A stretch of 64,000 nucleotides of DNA from Eledone cirrhosa. Taxonomy: Eukaryota. Positions 14,117 through 27,925 of the stretch are shown one piece after another. Made by a program: the position numbers and the translations under genes. The notes under the pieces are model-generated. The model was not told where the DNA came from. It saw only the letters and a list, made by a program, of their open reading frames with translations, and made no database searches. Each line of letters begins with the position of its first letter. Positions within the stretch are counted from its first letter, which is position 1. Location: positions 7,130,001 to 7,194,000 of the forward strand of contig OZ024755.1 of the NCBI GenBank assembly GCA_964016885.1. The letters run 5' to 3'.

Positions 14117-14280
14117 GCTGACAATTGTTTCGTTGATCTGTTGTGCTTAGAGTTCGCTAATCGCTTGATGCTGCGTCAATCGATCTCATTAAATCGCACG
14201 TTAAAACCATTCACAACACTCTAACCGGACTAACTCTAAGTGGATCACATATAACGATAACTTGTTATCTCGTAAAGAGC
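14117..14280 (-). ncRNA. Degenerate HHR with very long stem II
   Basis: Minus strand GAAA-CAAUUG-UC-AGC is intact. 5' core is degenerate (gcu-CUUUACGA). Intervening region has pairing blocks (ttagagtt/aactctaa, gatc/gatc). Confidence 0.35.
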
Positions 14281-14352
14281 TCAGGATTTCTTCTCCTTTG
14301 AGCACATTATTTACAGGGAATGGCGAGGGCCTATGGCTCCGTTAATTTATCG

Positions 14353-14388
<36 letters not shown>

Positions 14389-14406
14389 ATATATATGTAT
14401 ATATAT

Positions 14407-14575
14407 ATTTAATATAGAAAAGGCTTCTACAGTACTAGATCTGTTTCATTTGAATGAAACAGTTCTAGCCCTGTAGAAGCCTTTTCTATATTAAATCTTC
14501 GTTGTTCTCACTCTACTTATGTATTGAGTACCTATTTACTGTTTTTACCCCCATTTCTACTCGGGATCAACAGAT
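14407..14575 (+). mobile_element. (TA)n-embedded element, family P2, fold-back of HHR 3' half
   Basis: Inverted arms 14407-14450 and 14453-14496 contain GAAACAGTTCTAG. Related copies at 20205-20320, 41160-41335, 58088-58215. Confidence 0.7.
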
Positions 14576-15209
14576 ATATATATGTGTGTGTGTGAGAGAG
14601 AGTGTGTGTGTGTGAGAGAGAGAGTGTGTGTGTGTGAGAGTGTGTGTGTGTGAGAGAGAGAGTGTGTGTGTGTTTGTGAGAGAGAGAGTGTGTGTGTGTG
14701 TGTGTGAGAGAGAGAGTGTGTCTGTGTGAGAGAGAGAGTGTATGTGTGTGAGAGTGTGTGTGTGTGTGAGAGAGAGTGTGTATGTGTGTGTGTGAGAGAG
14801 AGAGAGTGTGTGTGTGTGAGAGAGAGAGTGTGTGTGTTTTTGTGAGAGAGAGAGTGTGTATGTGTGTGTGTGAGAGAGAGAGTGTGTGAGAGAGAGAGTG
14901 TGTGTGTGTGAGAGTGTGTGTGTGTGAGAGAGAGTGTGTATGTGTGTGTGTGAGAGAGAGAGTGTGTGAGAGAGAGAGAGTGTGTGTGTGTGTGTGTGCG
15001 TGAGAGTGTGTGTGTGTGAGAGAGAGAGTGTGTATGTGTGTGTGTGTGAGAGAGAGTGTGTGTGTGTGTCCGTGTCGGTGTCTGCGTTTGTTTACTTGTA
15101 ATTTAGCCGTTCAACACAAAGCCGTTCAAACACGTTCGATTAAATATGTACTAGGATTAAGAAAAAGAAAACCCAATAGGGTCGATATAATCAGCTAAAC
15201 TCTTTCAAG

Positions 15210-15460
15210 GTTGTGCCCTAGCATGGCCACAGTCTACCAAAGTATTGCCCTAGCCTGGCCGCAGTCTACCAAGTTAGTGCCCTAGCATGGCCACAGTCTT
15301 ACCAAGGTAGTGCCCTAGCATGGCCACAGTCTACCAAATTAGTGCCCTAGCATGGCCACAATCTACCAAGTTAGTGCTCTAGCATGGCCACGTTCTACCA
15401 AGTTAGTGCCCTAGCATGGCCACAGTCTACCAAAGTAGTGCTCTAGTATGGCCACAGTCT
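15210..15460 (+). repeat. 32-bp minisatellite (about 8 units) inside a SINE-like 3' region
   Basis: tgccctagcatggccacagtctaccaagttag repeated. Confidence 0.9.
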
Positions 15461-15855
15461 AATGTTTGAAACTAATAAAGGAGTAAAAGAATATATTGAA
15501 GGTTGAATTCTTCGAAAGGATGTTGGAAAGCATTTGATTAGTTTTAATTATTAATACATCAAACATGAAAATGTTTTTTTTTTTTATAAGTCAGAACGAA
15601 AAGGGATTCATGAAAAGCCACTATTGTAGCGAGACACAGCCTTATCAGTTGGTTTGTGAACATATGGGAGTAGAAGAAGATAAGGGGAGGTCTGTACAGA
15701 AACTATAATATCAAACATTTCCTTTTAAAAGACCAGCTGATGGCAGGAATTAGATAGGGTTGTTCAAAGAGGAGGAAATATGTTAAGAGAAAGCACAGAA
15801 TTGTCGCATCAAGAAATATATTACCCCGCCTACACCTCACCCCAGATGTCCTTAA

Positions 15856-16297
15856 CCCTTTCCTTACCATATATATTATGAAATATACAGTATTTGAATT
15901 AATTTATGAAGGACTCGGAGGGGATTTACTAAAATGATTACATATTTCATAAATAATGTTATTTCTAATATAATTTAACCCTTTAGTATTTAAACAGGCC
16001 ATATCCGGCCAGAATTCTCTCACCTCTTTCTATTCAATCCAGCTGTAACTAGCCACTCATACTGATGTTAAAGTATTGTTCTCAAAATAAATAATATCAA
16101 AATCTTGTAGATTCGATATTATGTGAGGTAATTATGTAAGATAATGCCTTTACCACAAAAATACAATAATAAATACAGAATAATGTAAATGCTAAAGGGT
16201 TAACAAAAGGTTTTTATATGAAATAATGTTGGAAGGTTTTTATTTATATATGAACACTTTAAAATGAATAGTTTTGGGTGTGTTGGTATCAAAAGGG
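15856..16297. mobile_element. piggyBac-type MITE, family 2, hosting a nested family-1 MITE
   Basis: TTAA-CCCTTT...AAAGGG-TTAA ends; related copy at about 25896-26354. Confidence 0.7.
15979..16199 (+). mobile_element. piggyBac-type MITE, family 1 (about 220 bp)
   Basis: TTAA TSD; TIR CCCTTTAG(C/T)ATTTA...TAAATGCTAAAGGG. Confidence 0.85.
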
Positions 16298-16741
16298 TTA
16301 AAACCGGAAATAATGTCAGTAATAAAGTGTTAGCTACACCAGCTTCTATATATCAATGTCATGTTTTTTTTTATTAAGTATGTGTATTCAGTGAATATAA
16401 AGCGGTAAGCTGTAAAAAGTTAGATGGAATATATAATACATAAATACGTACTTTAACTACACTTACAAACACTTACACTACACTTAAGCTACACTTACCC
16501 ATGAGTGAAAGTGTTACGATTATCCATTATGTTAATATATCCTGTTCTATGATTACAAATGAAAGAGTATTTTAAAGAAACTGTTAAGTGGGCAATTTCT
16601 TTCAATCTCATATATATATAAATATAACGAAGTAAGTGTGGTAAGGAACCAGGTGGACCATAACGCACCAGAGTACTCAATACTATGGGTAGTAGAGTGG
16701 GTAATAGGAAAACGTTCAAGACCCCGACGGCAGAGCTCAAG

Positions 16742-16799
<58 letters not shown>

Positions 16800-17598
16800 T
16801 CAGGATTTGACCAGTTTAAACGAGTAAGAACATTATTCAGCATATATATATATATATTGTATGGTCCCATAACTCCCGATAGAGTCGTATTGACATACAG
16901 CTTTTCTTGGGCAATTTGCAATTTAAGCCTGGCAGAGCCCATCCTTCTCCAGGCCTGAGTATAGCAGATTTCTTCCAGAGAGAGAGAGAAAGAGAGAGAG
17001 AGAGATAGAGAGAGAGAGAGAAGGAGAGAGAGAGGGGAAAATTCGACGCCAGTACAAGACTGGTACATTTTTTTTATCGACCTCGAAAGGATGAAAGGCA
17101 AAAAAGGCAAAGTTGACCTCGGCGGGATTTAAACTCAGAGAACAGAGAACCGGAACGAATAGCATAGAACATTCTATCTGATGTTCTGACGACTCTTCCA
17201 ATATATGCGTGTATATATGTGTGAGAGTGTGTATGTAGGTGTGAGTGTGTGTATGTATGTGTGTCAATAATCACTTAATGTGCGTTGACCTTGTAATATT
17301 TTTCTCTGTCAATTATATATCGATAGGAGTAACTACAGTCGGTTTCTTTTTTGGAACATAGTGGTAGGCGTAGCCTCAATGGCTTGACAAGACTCGGCTT
17401 TCTAATTAGTTTTCTTCAAGATTTTACATTTTATCCCTTTTTATATAGCTATGAGTGTATGACGGCCATTATTTGTCAACATAATTTGTTAAGAGGTTCT
17501 CTTAATATTATACACTTAGGCTGAATCAAAGCATAACTACGTATATACACAGAATACATACATATTAAACTACATACATACACACGCACACACATATA

Positions 17599-17639
<41 letters not shown>

Positions 17640-17876
17640 TTTAACACGTGCAATTTAAAACACATTTATGAATAAAATAAACATACATACATGTGGGTAT
17701 ATGTGTGTGCATGGGTGTGTGTGTATGTGTGTAGCCGAATTGAAGTCCACTCTACGCCCACCCTACAAAGTTCGTTACTTTTTCTTTCTTAATTGGTCAC
17801 CCTCTATTCATTCATATGTAAACTTGTTAAACATACATGCATGTAATACATGTAGAAACACATACATAAATACACT

Positions 17877-17944
<68 letters not shown>

Positions 17945-18506
17945 CAATCATCCTAGTTAACTGCTCGGACACCTGTTGCTTCCAATGTCATGTTATGGTG
18001 TTTTAAGTTTTCCTTCAAAGTGTCATATCATGTCTTCTCTCTTCTTTGTCCTTCCCCCTTTACATTTTCCCCTCTGGTGGTACCCACATTACAGTCCTAA
18101 CTAGTCACATGTTATGCGTATCTTCCCTCTGATGGTACCCATATTACAGTTCTACGCAGTCACATGTAATGTGTGTCTCAGTCTGGCGTGACCCACACCA
18201 TTACATTCATAGCTAGTCATATGCTATGTGTGTCTCATTTCCCCCCTCTGCTGATACCTACACCATTATAGTTTTAGTTCCTGACATTCAAAATAGCTGT
18301 CGTATGTATCGCATTCTTTCCTTTGACACAATTTCCTTAGTCTGCCCAGCAGGACTTCATTCTTGGTGAACTGGTCTTTATCTGATCTTAATTATTCTGT
18401 GCAAACACCATATACAGAGCCAAACGTTCTGTTACATTTTTTGAAGATCTTAGTTTAACATAAAAAATGGCAATTTTATCTTTATTCTATATCGTTTTAA
18501 TATTCT

Positions 18507-18807
18507 TTTCAGAACTAGAACGACAAAAGTTACAAAGTTTCTCATAATATTATAGGTATCACAAATATTTTTTGTCTTCTTCATATTCTGAATTCATCTT
18601 TAAGCTAAGAGATATAATTTTGTTAAAAATTAGAATGGATCGTTCATGTTTCGTTTAAATTTTGGACAAAATTATATCTCTTAGCTTAAAGATGATTTCA
18701 GAATATGAAAGAAGAAAAACGATCTGCTGTACTATTTATAAACAAATATTTGCGATACCTAAAATATTATGAGAAACTTTGTTCCTTTTGACGTTCTAGT
18801 TCTGAAA
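18507..18807. mobile_element. Diverged ~300-bp fold-back element (MITE-like)
   Basis: tttcagaactagaacg...aagtttctcataatatt...taagctaagagatataattttg mirrored by caaaattatatctcttagctta...aatattatgagaaactt...cgttctagttctgaaa. Confidence 0.65.
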
Positions 18808-19290
18808 TCGATGGCATTTTGAATCGATATTTTATAGATGCGGTTAAGAAGACAATTGTGTGACGATGATATAATGACTACTATGAGCATGGGAAAATAA
18901 CGAGATATTTCTCTTGTACATACGACTTTCAGATATATATATATATATATGTTTGGCTAGTCATAATTTCCAGATGTATGTTTCTTGTGTTATCAGTGTC
19001 TACGGAAATATAAAGGCAACATTTATCTCTGAGATAGTTGAACCGGAGGGGCATGACATAGATTTGTTTGGGAAGTTGATCATTCCATGATAATATCTTT
19101 GCTGAGAAAGAGACTGTATTTTAGAAAATATTAAATGTGCTGAGATCTATATCTTATTTAATTATAGTCTTGTCTACAACTAATCAAACAATTTTATGGT
19201 ATGTCGTTTAGCATAGTAGATCATATCTTGTTGTACTGTTCAGTCTCTAACCATCTGGACTGTGCCTTCTCTGTTGTAATAAATAAATAA

Positions 19291-19348
<58 letters not shown>

Positions 19349-19455
19349 TTTTTTCCGTTGTGTTGTAATATAAATATTACACACAGTAGATTATCAGCTC
19401 ACGTAGAGTTTGCTCGACGGTTCCAGTTGTAGTTCCAAAAGTAATCCGGAGAAAA

Positions 19456-20193
19456 ATAGAAAGATTTGAATGGATACAGTTTAGTTGAAAGGAATTTATT
19501 GACACGTGTTTCTATAACAGTTACATAACCTAAAACAGCTATCTACAAACTTTTAGTTATGCAGACATTCAATATTTCAATGTTATTGTTTACTGTCATT
19601 TCATCAGAATAATATTACTGAGGACCTATTTAGTTTTTATAGAGAATATTAGGAGGAAGGGGTGAAGTTGTTAGAAGAATAGTTGAAGGAGTGGTTTTTC
19701 GATAGCAGTGAGAATTCTTGGTGGCAGTGATTAATTAGATTCCCATCTGTTGTTTTGACATTTTTTATAGAATATATTATTGGTTATTTTTCTAAATCTA
19801 TAGAAGGATTAGAGATAGTAAAGATATGCGTGGTCTCTAATCCTTCTATAGATTTAGAAAAATAACCAATAATATATTCTATAAAAAATGTCAAAACAAC
19901 AGATGGGAATCTAATTAATCACTGCCACCAAGAATTCTCACTGCTATCGAAAAACCACTCCTTCAACTATTCTTCTAACAACTTCACCCCTTCCTCCTAA
20001 TATTCTCTATAAAAACTAAATAGGTCCTCAGTAATATTATTCTGATGAAATGACAGTAAACAATAACATTGAAATATTGAATGTCTGCATAACTAAAAGT
20101 TTGTAGATAGCTGTTTTAGGTTATGTAACTGTTATAGAAACACGTGTCAATAAATTCCTTTCAACTAAACTGTATCCATTCAAATCTTTCTAT
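19456..20193. repeat. Long inverted repeat, 360-bp arms with 18-bp spacer; each arm carries an HHR
   Basis: Arms 19456-19815 and 19834-20193 appear identical by eye; located between (TA)n tracts. Confidence 0.92.
20037..20153 (+). ncRNA. Type I HHR with long (~88-nt) stem II domain; mirror copy at 19496-19612 (-)
   Basis: Stem I UUAUU/AAUAA; CUGAUGA; stem II AUGACAGU.../...ACUGUUAU; GAAA; palindromic CACGUG; GUC triplet. Confidence 0.72.
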
Positions 20194-20319
20194 ATATATA
20201 TATATGTTTATCCCGGGTTCAATCGGAGGTAACTACAGAAAGTAAGGTACTCAATACATAGCAAGGGCTTTCCTGTTGATTTCTTCCGAATGAAACAGTT
20301 CTAGTCCTGTAGAAACCAG

Positions 20320-20389
<70 letters not shown>

Positions 20390-20428
20390 TCATCTTCGTT
20401 TAACGTCCATTTTCCACGCTAGCATGGG

Positions 20429-20514
<86 letters not shown>

Positions 20515-21029
20515 ATATCAGATTGGATGCAGTAAAAACCAGTTTGACCATTACTTCGGATCTAATCTCTGCTGCTAACCAGGATTCTAACCCACACCCA
20601 TTAGTTTTAATCTTTGTCTACATCTACCCCTATTCCTTATTATCATTCCTGTTACCAGATGTTCCAAGGACCTTCACTTCACTTTACATGCCCCCCCCCC
20701 CCCAAAAAAAAGTGTTTGTTGTTTCTTCATGGTATTCAATAAGTTTTCCTTTTTCCAACCAATCGTGTTTTTCATACCATTCAGTGTAGGCAATCGATTA
20801 TGTCTTTCTATCTCTCATAGTCTTTAACCATTTGGAATGTGAATATTGCCTTCTCTACCGCCAGCCAGGATACACGTGTCAATGGTAGTGTCGTGGGGAG
20901 GCAGAGTCCTCAAAAACTCCTTCCAGTGGGTCCTGTCAGAAGCAACCGTATCCAACTGATCCGGCTAGATCCCAAAAGGAGACCAGCCTAACACATGGAT
21001 GTTATCCAACCACTTACACGTTAATTTAA

Positions 21030-21442
21030 CCCTTTAATGTTCAAACTGGCCAGAATTATCTACTTTTTTCTGTTGAAACTGGCTGTAACTGGTCACTCAA
21101 ACTGATGTTAAGGTATTGTTCTCAAAATAAATACTTTCAAAATCTCATAGATTCGATATTATGTGAGATAATTATGCGAGATAAAGCCTTTACCATGAAC
21201 ATGTAATAGTATATATAGAATAATTATTTCTACTTTTGGCACAAGGCAAGCAAATACTCAGTACATTACTGGTACTTTATTTTATCGACCCTCGTAAGGA
21301 TGAAAGGCAAAGTGAACCTCGACGGGATTTGAACTCAGACCGTAAAGGGACGTAACTATGCTGGAAAGCATGGCGTCCGACTCTCTACCGATACTGCCAA
21401 TCCACCGGTTTGTATATATAGAGTAATGTGAATGCTAAAGGG
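21030..21442 (+). mobile_element. piggyBac-type MITE family 1 interrupted by a SINE A copy (about 21222-21409, -)
   Basis: TTAA/CCCTTT ends; SINE flanked by gtatatataga(a/g)taat duplication. Confidence 0.8.
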
Positions 21443-21834
21443 TTAATGAGTCGGACATTTAGTTGATCGAATGACTGAATGCTTTCCCTCTCTATATACT
21501 TTCTTTCCCTCCACCTCTCACTAAATTTCTCTCTCTGTCTCCCTCTTTACCCCATAAGTCATCGCTGGTATGATACACTGATCAGACAGTCTGTGCTTCA
21601 GGCATAATGACGACTTCATTTACATGATGTCACTTAATTTGCCCTCCTCCCACATATGCAAAAGCACACACACATACACATACACACACGTACACACACA
21701 TACCATCCAGTCTGGACAGACAGAATTGCACGTAATCAAATATAATCAGAAAATAAGTAGGCTAGGAATGACATGTTATCCGGCATTGAACGTCAACTCT
21801 GTGAAATAGATATAAATATATATATAAAATATAT

Positions 21835-21871
<37 letters not shown>

Positions 21872-22292
21872 CAAACTAAATAGGCAAAAGTGTCTGTGAT
21901 GATAAGAACGGAGATATATAAAGTAGCATGCAGATACATTATCTTACATAAGACCTTATGGAATCTAGAACATTCTTTCTACAGATATTCCTTAGTAGAT
22001 TCTAAACCTTTTTGACATTTCTCTTCTTAGCTGTTATATTGTGGAGAGACGATGTTTGGTTGACAATCATATCTGTCTTTTTATGTAATCCGAACCCACG
22101 TATCCCATTAAGAAATGGAATGTTTTTTTGATTATCATATGATTAAAAAAGATGATCTCCACAATAGGGTGTCTCAAAAAAATGTATACACTCTTCAACA
22201 GTATGCTATTATATATTGCCTGCACAGGTAATCAAAGTGTGTATATATATTTTGGGGGGATACCCAGTAGAATACAGGTGTATATCGACATA

Positions 22293-22520
22293 TCTTCTTC
22301 TTCTTCTTCTTCTTCTTCTTCTTCTTCTTCTTCTTCTTCTTCTTCTTCTTCTTCTTCTTCTTCTTCTTCTTCTTCTCCCACTTATTCCCAAGAGTGTCGT
22401 AGGGAGCAGAGTCCTCAAACACTCCTTCCAGTGGGTCCTGTCAGATGCAACCCTCTCCAACTGATCCGGCTGGATCTCCCAAGCAAGACCAACCAAGCTC
22501 ATGGGTGTTATCCAACCAGT
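22293..22520 (-). mobile_element. RTE-like LINE 3' end with (GAA)n tail
   Basis: Minus strand ...GLAWEIQPDQLERVASDRTHWKECL.. then (GAA)n. Homologous fragments at 20885-21012 and about 2420-2500. Confidence 0.65.
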
Positions 22521-23499
22521 TCATTGCAAAAATGTTCACTATTTCAATTCTTAATGTGATGCAGTCATAGTATTGTTTTATACTTTTCAAGTGTATTTCA
22601 CTAATATGGTTTTATATGGTTTGTTAATTCAAACATTTATAGTATCTTTACTAGTAGTCAGGTCGCTGTGAAAATTTGCAGTATCAAAGTAGATACTTAA
22701 ATTTTTAATGTGATGCAGTCATAGTGTAGTTTTATACTTTTTAAGTAATGTTAATTGCTAATACGGTCTCACGTGGTTTGTTAATTCAAATTCAAAAGTG
22801 TATAGTATCTTCCTTAGTGGGCAGATCATTGTGAAAATTTGCAATATTAGCGTAAATACTTCAATTTCTATCGTGATACAATCATGGTCTTACTTTGTAC
22901 TTTTGTCTTGTTAATATAGTTACATGAAGTGGAAGACATTAAGGGTTTAATACTCCATTAGCATATTCAAATTGCTGTTACCATTTCAATTGTTATGTCT
23001 CTGTATTTAGAGATATCTCACACTTTAAACTTACTACTATTGCTGCTTCTTCTCCACCTTGGCTATTGTATTTCTACTTGAATGCCTGTCTATTGTCTAC
23101 TGTCTGCTGTAGTTAGTTATTCTTTACCGTTATTAATTAGCTTCTACGTGAGCAGACACACACACACATGCACACACCCACCCACACACATACACACACA
23201 CACATGCACACACCCACCCACACACATACACACATACATACACATACATATAAACATAAACACATACACACACATACAAACATAAACACACACACACAGA
23301 CTGACACATACATATGGACACAGACAACATATACAGAGAGACATACACAGGCACACATGCATGCAGTCACATATACATACATACAAACACAAATACATAC
23401 ATACACACAGACACAGACACGTACATGTGTTTCTATTTTTGTCTCCTACTTATGTAAGGTGAGACAACTTGTCTCATCTTAGATAACAAGTCTAACCTC

Positions 23500-24177
23500 A
23501 CTGACCACGGTCCCGCAATATTACATAACTGACCACCAATATCTGCTCCTGTCTCATATTATACAACTGACCACTGTCCCACCATCTTATACAACTGACC
23601 ACTGTCTCACCATCTTAGACAACTGACCACCGTCCTACCATCTTATACAACTGACCACCATCTCACTATCTTATAGAACTGACCACCGTCCCACCAATAT
23701 CTACCCAGTCTCATCTTATTCAACTGACCATCATCCCACCAATATTTGCTCCAGTTATATCATATATAACAACTCTAACCTCTTTGACGGCTGTCTCACT
23801 GTCCCACTGTCTCACTGACCCACTGTCTCACTGTCCCACAGTCCCACTGTCCCACTGTATCACTGACCCACTGTCTCACTGTCCCACAGTCCCACTGTCC
23901 CACTGTATCACTGACCCACTGTCTCACTGTCCCACAGTCCCACTGTCCCACTGTATCACTGACCCACTGTCTCACTGTCCCACAGTCTCACTGTCCCACT
24001 GTCTCACTGACCCACTGTCTCACTGTCCCACAGTCCCACTGTCCCACTGTATCACTGACCCACGGTCTCACTGTCCCACAGTCCCACTGTCCCACTGTAT
24101 CACTGACCCACTGTCCCACTGTCCCACAGTCCAACTGTCTCACAGCACCATTGTCTCACTGTCCCACTGTCCCACTA
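23500..24177. repeat. Minisatellite array: degenerate ~20-30-bp acaactgacca units, then a 42-bp higher-order repeat of 7-mers (ccactgt)
   Basis: Direct reading; source of the DPLSHCPTVPLSHCIT ORF. Confidence 0.9.
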
Positions 24178-24590
24178 AATTCTTCCCCAGTTTATTGTTT
24201 ATTGTCTTCACCCCCCATAGCTCAATGTTAATGCAGCATGGCCAATTGGTCAAGAAATTAGCTTTGTAATCATTAGGTCTTGGGTTCGATCCCACGGTGT
24301 GGAACTTTTGGACAAGTGTCATATACCATAGGCTCAGGTTGACTTCCTTGACAGTAGAATTTGGAAGTTCTTTGGATGGACTGTAGCTGTAAATTCAAAG
24401 TGCTAGCCTTGTCACAGAATGTGTCATAATGAATCTTTATGGGTACACGTGTCTCTGGAATGTTCAGTCATACGAACATAAGTTTCACGAGCAAGTTGTT
24501 CGATTGATCAAACAACTGAAGCAGTGATTGTTCCAACCGACAGAGGCCCAACAACAACAACAACAGCAATATCTTATCTATCAGTCTTAA

Positions 24591-24810
24591 CCCTTTAGTG
24601 TTGAAACCGGCCAAAACCGGCCAGAATTCTCTACCTCTTTCTGTTGAAACTGGCTGTAACTGGTCGCTCAAACTGATGTTAAGGTATTGTTCACAAAATA
24701 AATACTTTCAAAATCTCATAGATTCGATATTATGTGAGATAATTATGTGAGGTAAAGCGTTTACCATGAAAATATAATAGTATATATAAAATAATGTAAA
24801 TGCTAAAGGG
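24591..24810 (+). mobile_element. piggyBac-type MITE family 1
   Basis: TTAA-CCCTTTAG...CTAAAGGG-TTAA. Confidence 0.85.
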
Positions 24811-25177
24811 TTAATCTATACTGATTCCATTTCTTGATCTTTATTTGCATAATTTTCTTAGTTTATTCATTGCTGTTTCTTTTCCGCGAAACATTTTCTT
24901 ATCAATTAAGTTACACGCTTTATTTTTTCTTTTCTATTATATTATTATTTTATAAAACCATTTACTGCTGCTATATTCTACAAAACGATTGGTTCTCTGT
25001 CAGCCAATCATTTTCCTCAATATACTTGAACTGATGATAACAATCAGACTACTGCTGTTTAAATTTTGGACCAACACCTGTCAACTCTCCCTGTCAAACG
25101 AGGAGATCTCCCACCCATTTTGTGGTGGGTGAGAGATATCGTTTCTTGTGAAAATGGTTATTACTTTCATTATGTCC

Positions 25178-25351
25178 GTATCGGTAGAGGGTTGGATGCC
25201 ATGCTTTCTAGCATAGTTACGTCCCTTTACGGTCTGAGTTCAAATCCCGCCGAGGTTAATTTTGCCTTTCATCCTTACGGGGGTCGATAAAATAAAGTAC
25301 CAGTAATGTACTGGGTAATTGCTGGCCTTGTGCCAAAAGTAGAAACAATTA
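25178..25351 (+). mobile_element. SINE family A, near full length
   Basis: tRNA-like head with gagttcaaatcc B box; central gcctttcatccttacgggggtcgataaaataaagtacc; 3' agtagaaacaatta. Further copies at 17030-17200, 26162-26252, 29141-29318, 29703-29763, 30437-30850, 43735-43830, 47235-47375, 49300-49630, 56690-56830. Confidence 0.85.
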
Positions 25352-26566
25352 TATAAAATCTACCCATTTGGGGGCACTGTTTTTTCATGGTACTCCCTGT
25401 TTGGGTTTTTAGAGGTTGACAGGTCTTCCAACAATATATGTAAGATGAAAACATTGTTATATTCAAATCTCTAACTTAAAATAACCCTTGTCATAGAATA
25501 GGTTTCAATAAATAAATATTTGAAATTGGTTTTATTTTTATAAGGAACAAGTTTGGTGTTTTCTAGGATGTTAAATTATATTTTCAAATGAAGAGTTTTT
25601 TTTTTTTTTTACGAAGAAAATATTAGAAACTAGAAGTTAGGAGTTTGAAGTGATGACATAGACACGCATGTAAATAAATAACTCCTGGCCCCAGCCAATA
25701 ACCAGATTGAGAGATAGGAGCTGCAGCAATAGGAACCAGTAGCAACAGCAGCAGTGGCGGGATTACCCTCTATATTCTAAACACCATACAGGATGTCTTT
25801 TTGGTGCAGCAAATAAACAATTAGGCCTTTATATTGTGTGTGTCATAGAGATGCTTTTATTTTGTAGTTTATAGAAAGTTGGGGGTTAAACTTAACCCTT
25901 TACGTATTTCTAATGAAACACAATATTTATGATTTTTAAATAATTTTGAAAATAATTATGTGTTTAGAGAGATTGTGTTATATAGTTAAGCTGATGTTTG
26001 GCGCAAAACTTAACAACTTTTCATAAATATAATTTTATGGAAAGATTAACCCTATTTTTGAAAATAATCAAGAATTTATAAAAATACAATTAATTTAGTA
26101 ATATAACATTGTTAATCTGGTGTTTGGAATATAACTTAACAAAGGTTCTTTCATAAAATTATAATTGTTTCTACTTTAGGCACAAGGCCAGCAATTACCC
26201 AATGCATTATGGTACTTTATTTTATCAACCCCGTAAGGATGAAAGGCAAAGTTATAATGGAAAGTTTTTAGATAAATATAAATACTTTAAAACAAACAGC
26301 TCTGTATCATATATTCAGGGCATTTCCATGCAGTTTGGTATGATATCAAAAGGGTTAATATTTCGCTTTGTTTAACATCAACACAGAAAAAAAATACCAA
26401 AAACTTCATCAGTAATACTGAAATTATGATGAATGTCTTTGGTATAGGATCAGAAGTCACATATAATGCTGCTGCTGCTGCTTAGTACCAGGTTAGCTCT
26501 GATGGAATAGAACCTATGATCAAGGGTATTTCTATTGTAGAAACTTCATCTTTGTTTTCTGACATA

Positions 26567-26702
26567 CCGTATTTCCCGGTGCTGAAGACGCTTCGTCCTT
26601 AAGAATGCACCCTAATTTTGACAACCAAAAATTAAAAAAAAAATAATAAACAAGCTTCAGCCTCCAGGACGCATGGTAGATTTTTGACGCAGGGAAATAC
26701 AG
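26567..26702 (+). mobile_element. TcMar (Tc2/pogo-like) MITE
   Basis: TA-CCGTATTTCCC...GGGAAATACAG-TA; homologous to 56896-57066 in the opposite orientation. Confidence 0.75.
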
Positions 26703-26742
26703 TAGTTTGTTCCATTATAGAACAAGGCCCCTTCCCTTTTAA

Positions 26743-26958
26743 CCCTTTAGCATTTACATTACTCTATATTTTCTATTATATTTTCATGGTAGAGTCTTTA
26801 CTTCACATAATTATCTCACATAATATTGAGTCTATGAGATTTTGATATTACTTATTTTGAGAACAATACCTTAACATCAGTATCAGAGAACAATACCTTA
26901 ACAACAGAAACAGGTGAGAGAATTCTGACCGGATACGGCCAGTTTAAATGCTAAAGGG
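26743..26958 (-). mobile_element. piggyBac-type MITE family 1
   Basis: TTAA TSD, same TIRs, reverse orientation. Confidence 0.85.
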
Positions 26959-27372
26959 TTAAAGATAGCATGGCAGAATTTGAGGGAGAATTTGTTACTA
27001 TTGCTTGCATATTGGGTGACCACCTACCCTAGAGCCATTTTTGATAGCGTAAAAGATATTCCTGTTTCCAAATAGTAGTCAAATCTCCTTTAATAAATAC
27101 ATTACTATCTTGAAAAATATAAATGATCTATTAAACAATGTAATTCCTGATATCCAAAAGGATGGACGATAAAGACTGGAACACCTCTGATCATAGGTGT
27201 GTTCGTTTAGACTTGACCTGGGGCCAAACAACAACAACAATAACATCATGAATACATTAAGTTGTAGACAAGGATATTCCCTCCCACAACTGTGGAATGG
27301 GATGCTAGTTCGACGCAGGGTGAATTAGTAACAACAACTGATAAATATCAGGGAGAACATACCTACATACAT

Positions 27373-27471
<99 letters not shown>

Positions 27472-27868
27472 AACATACACACATATATACATACATACAA
27501 TAACATGTTTGGCTCAAAGATACAGCGTGCCTTCAGAACTGGATAAGAAACTCATGACTGCAAGATCGTGAGTTGAAAACTGCACCTTCACATCTTACAC
27601 AAGGATAAACATTTCTTCCTCTATTGACGTATGTGTGATATCTGAGGTTATCAAATAATTTGAGATGATTCGAGGAATTAAGGAGTGGTATATGACGTAG
27701 ATTAAACCAAGCTAATTGATAAATATATGTCGAACCTATCTTGGCTGTGTGTTATTAAAACACTTTGATTTGTAATCACCTTGCACAACTCCATATTGGT
27801 AAAATGTAATTTGAATTTGTCAGTCTGTGAGCAAAATTTGGTCTACAGACACTGCGTTGATGACCATC

Positions 27869-27925
<57 letters not shown>

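Noticed and set aside
15210-15460. 32-bp repeats as a CRISPR array
   Set aside because: Head-to-tail with no unique spacers; eukaryotic context; no cas genes.
23784-24269. 161-aa Cys/His repeat ORF as a metal-binding protein
   Set aside because: Direct product of a 42-bp minisatellite; no ATG start or splice support.
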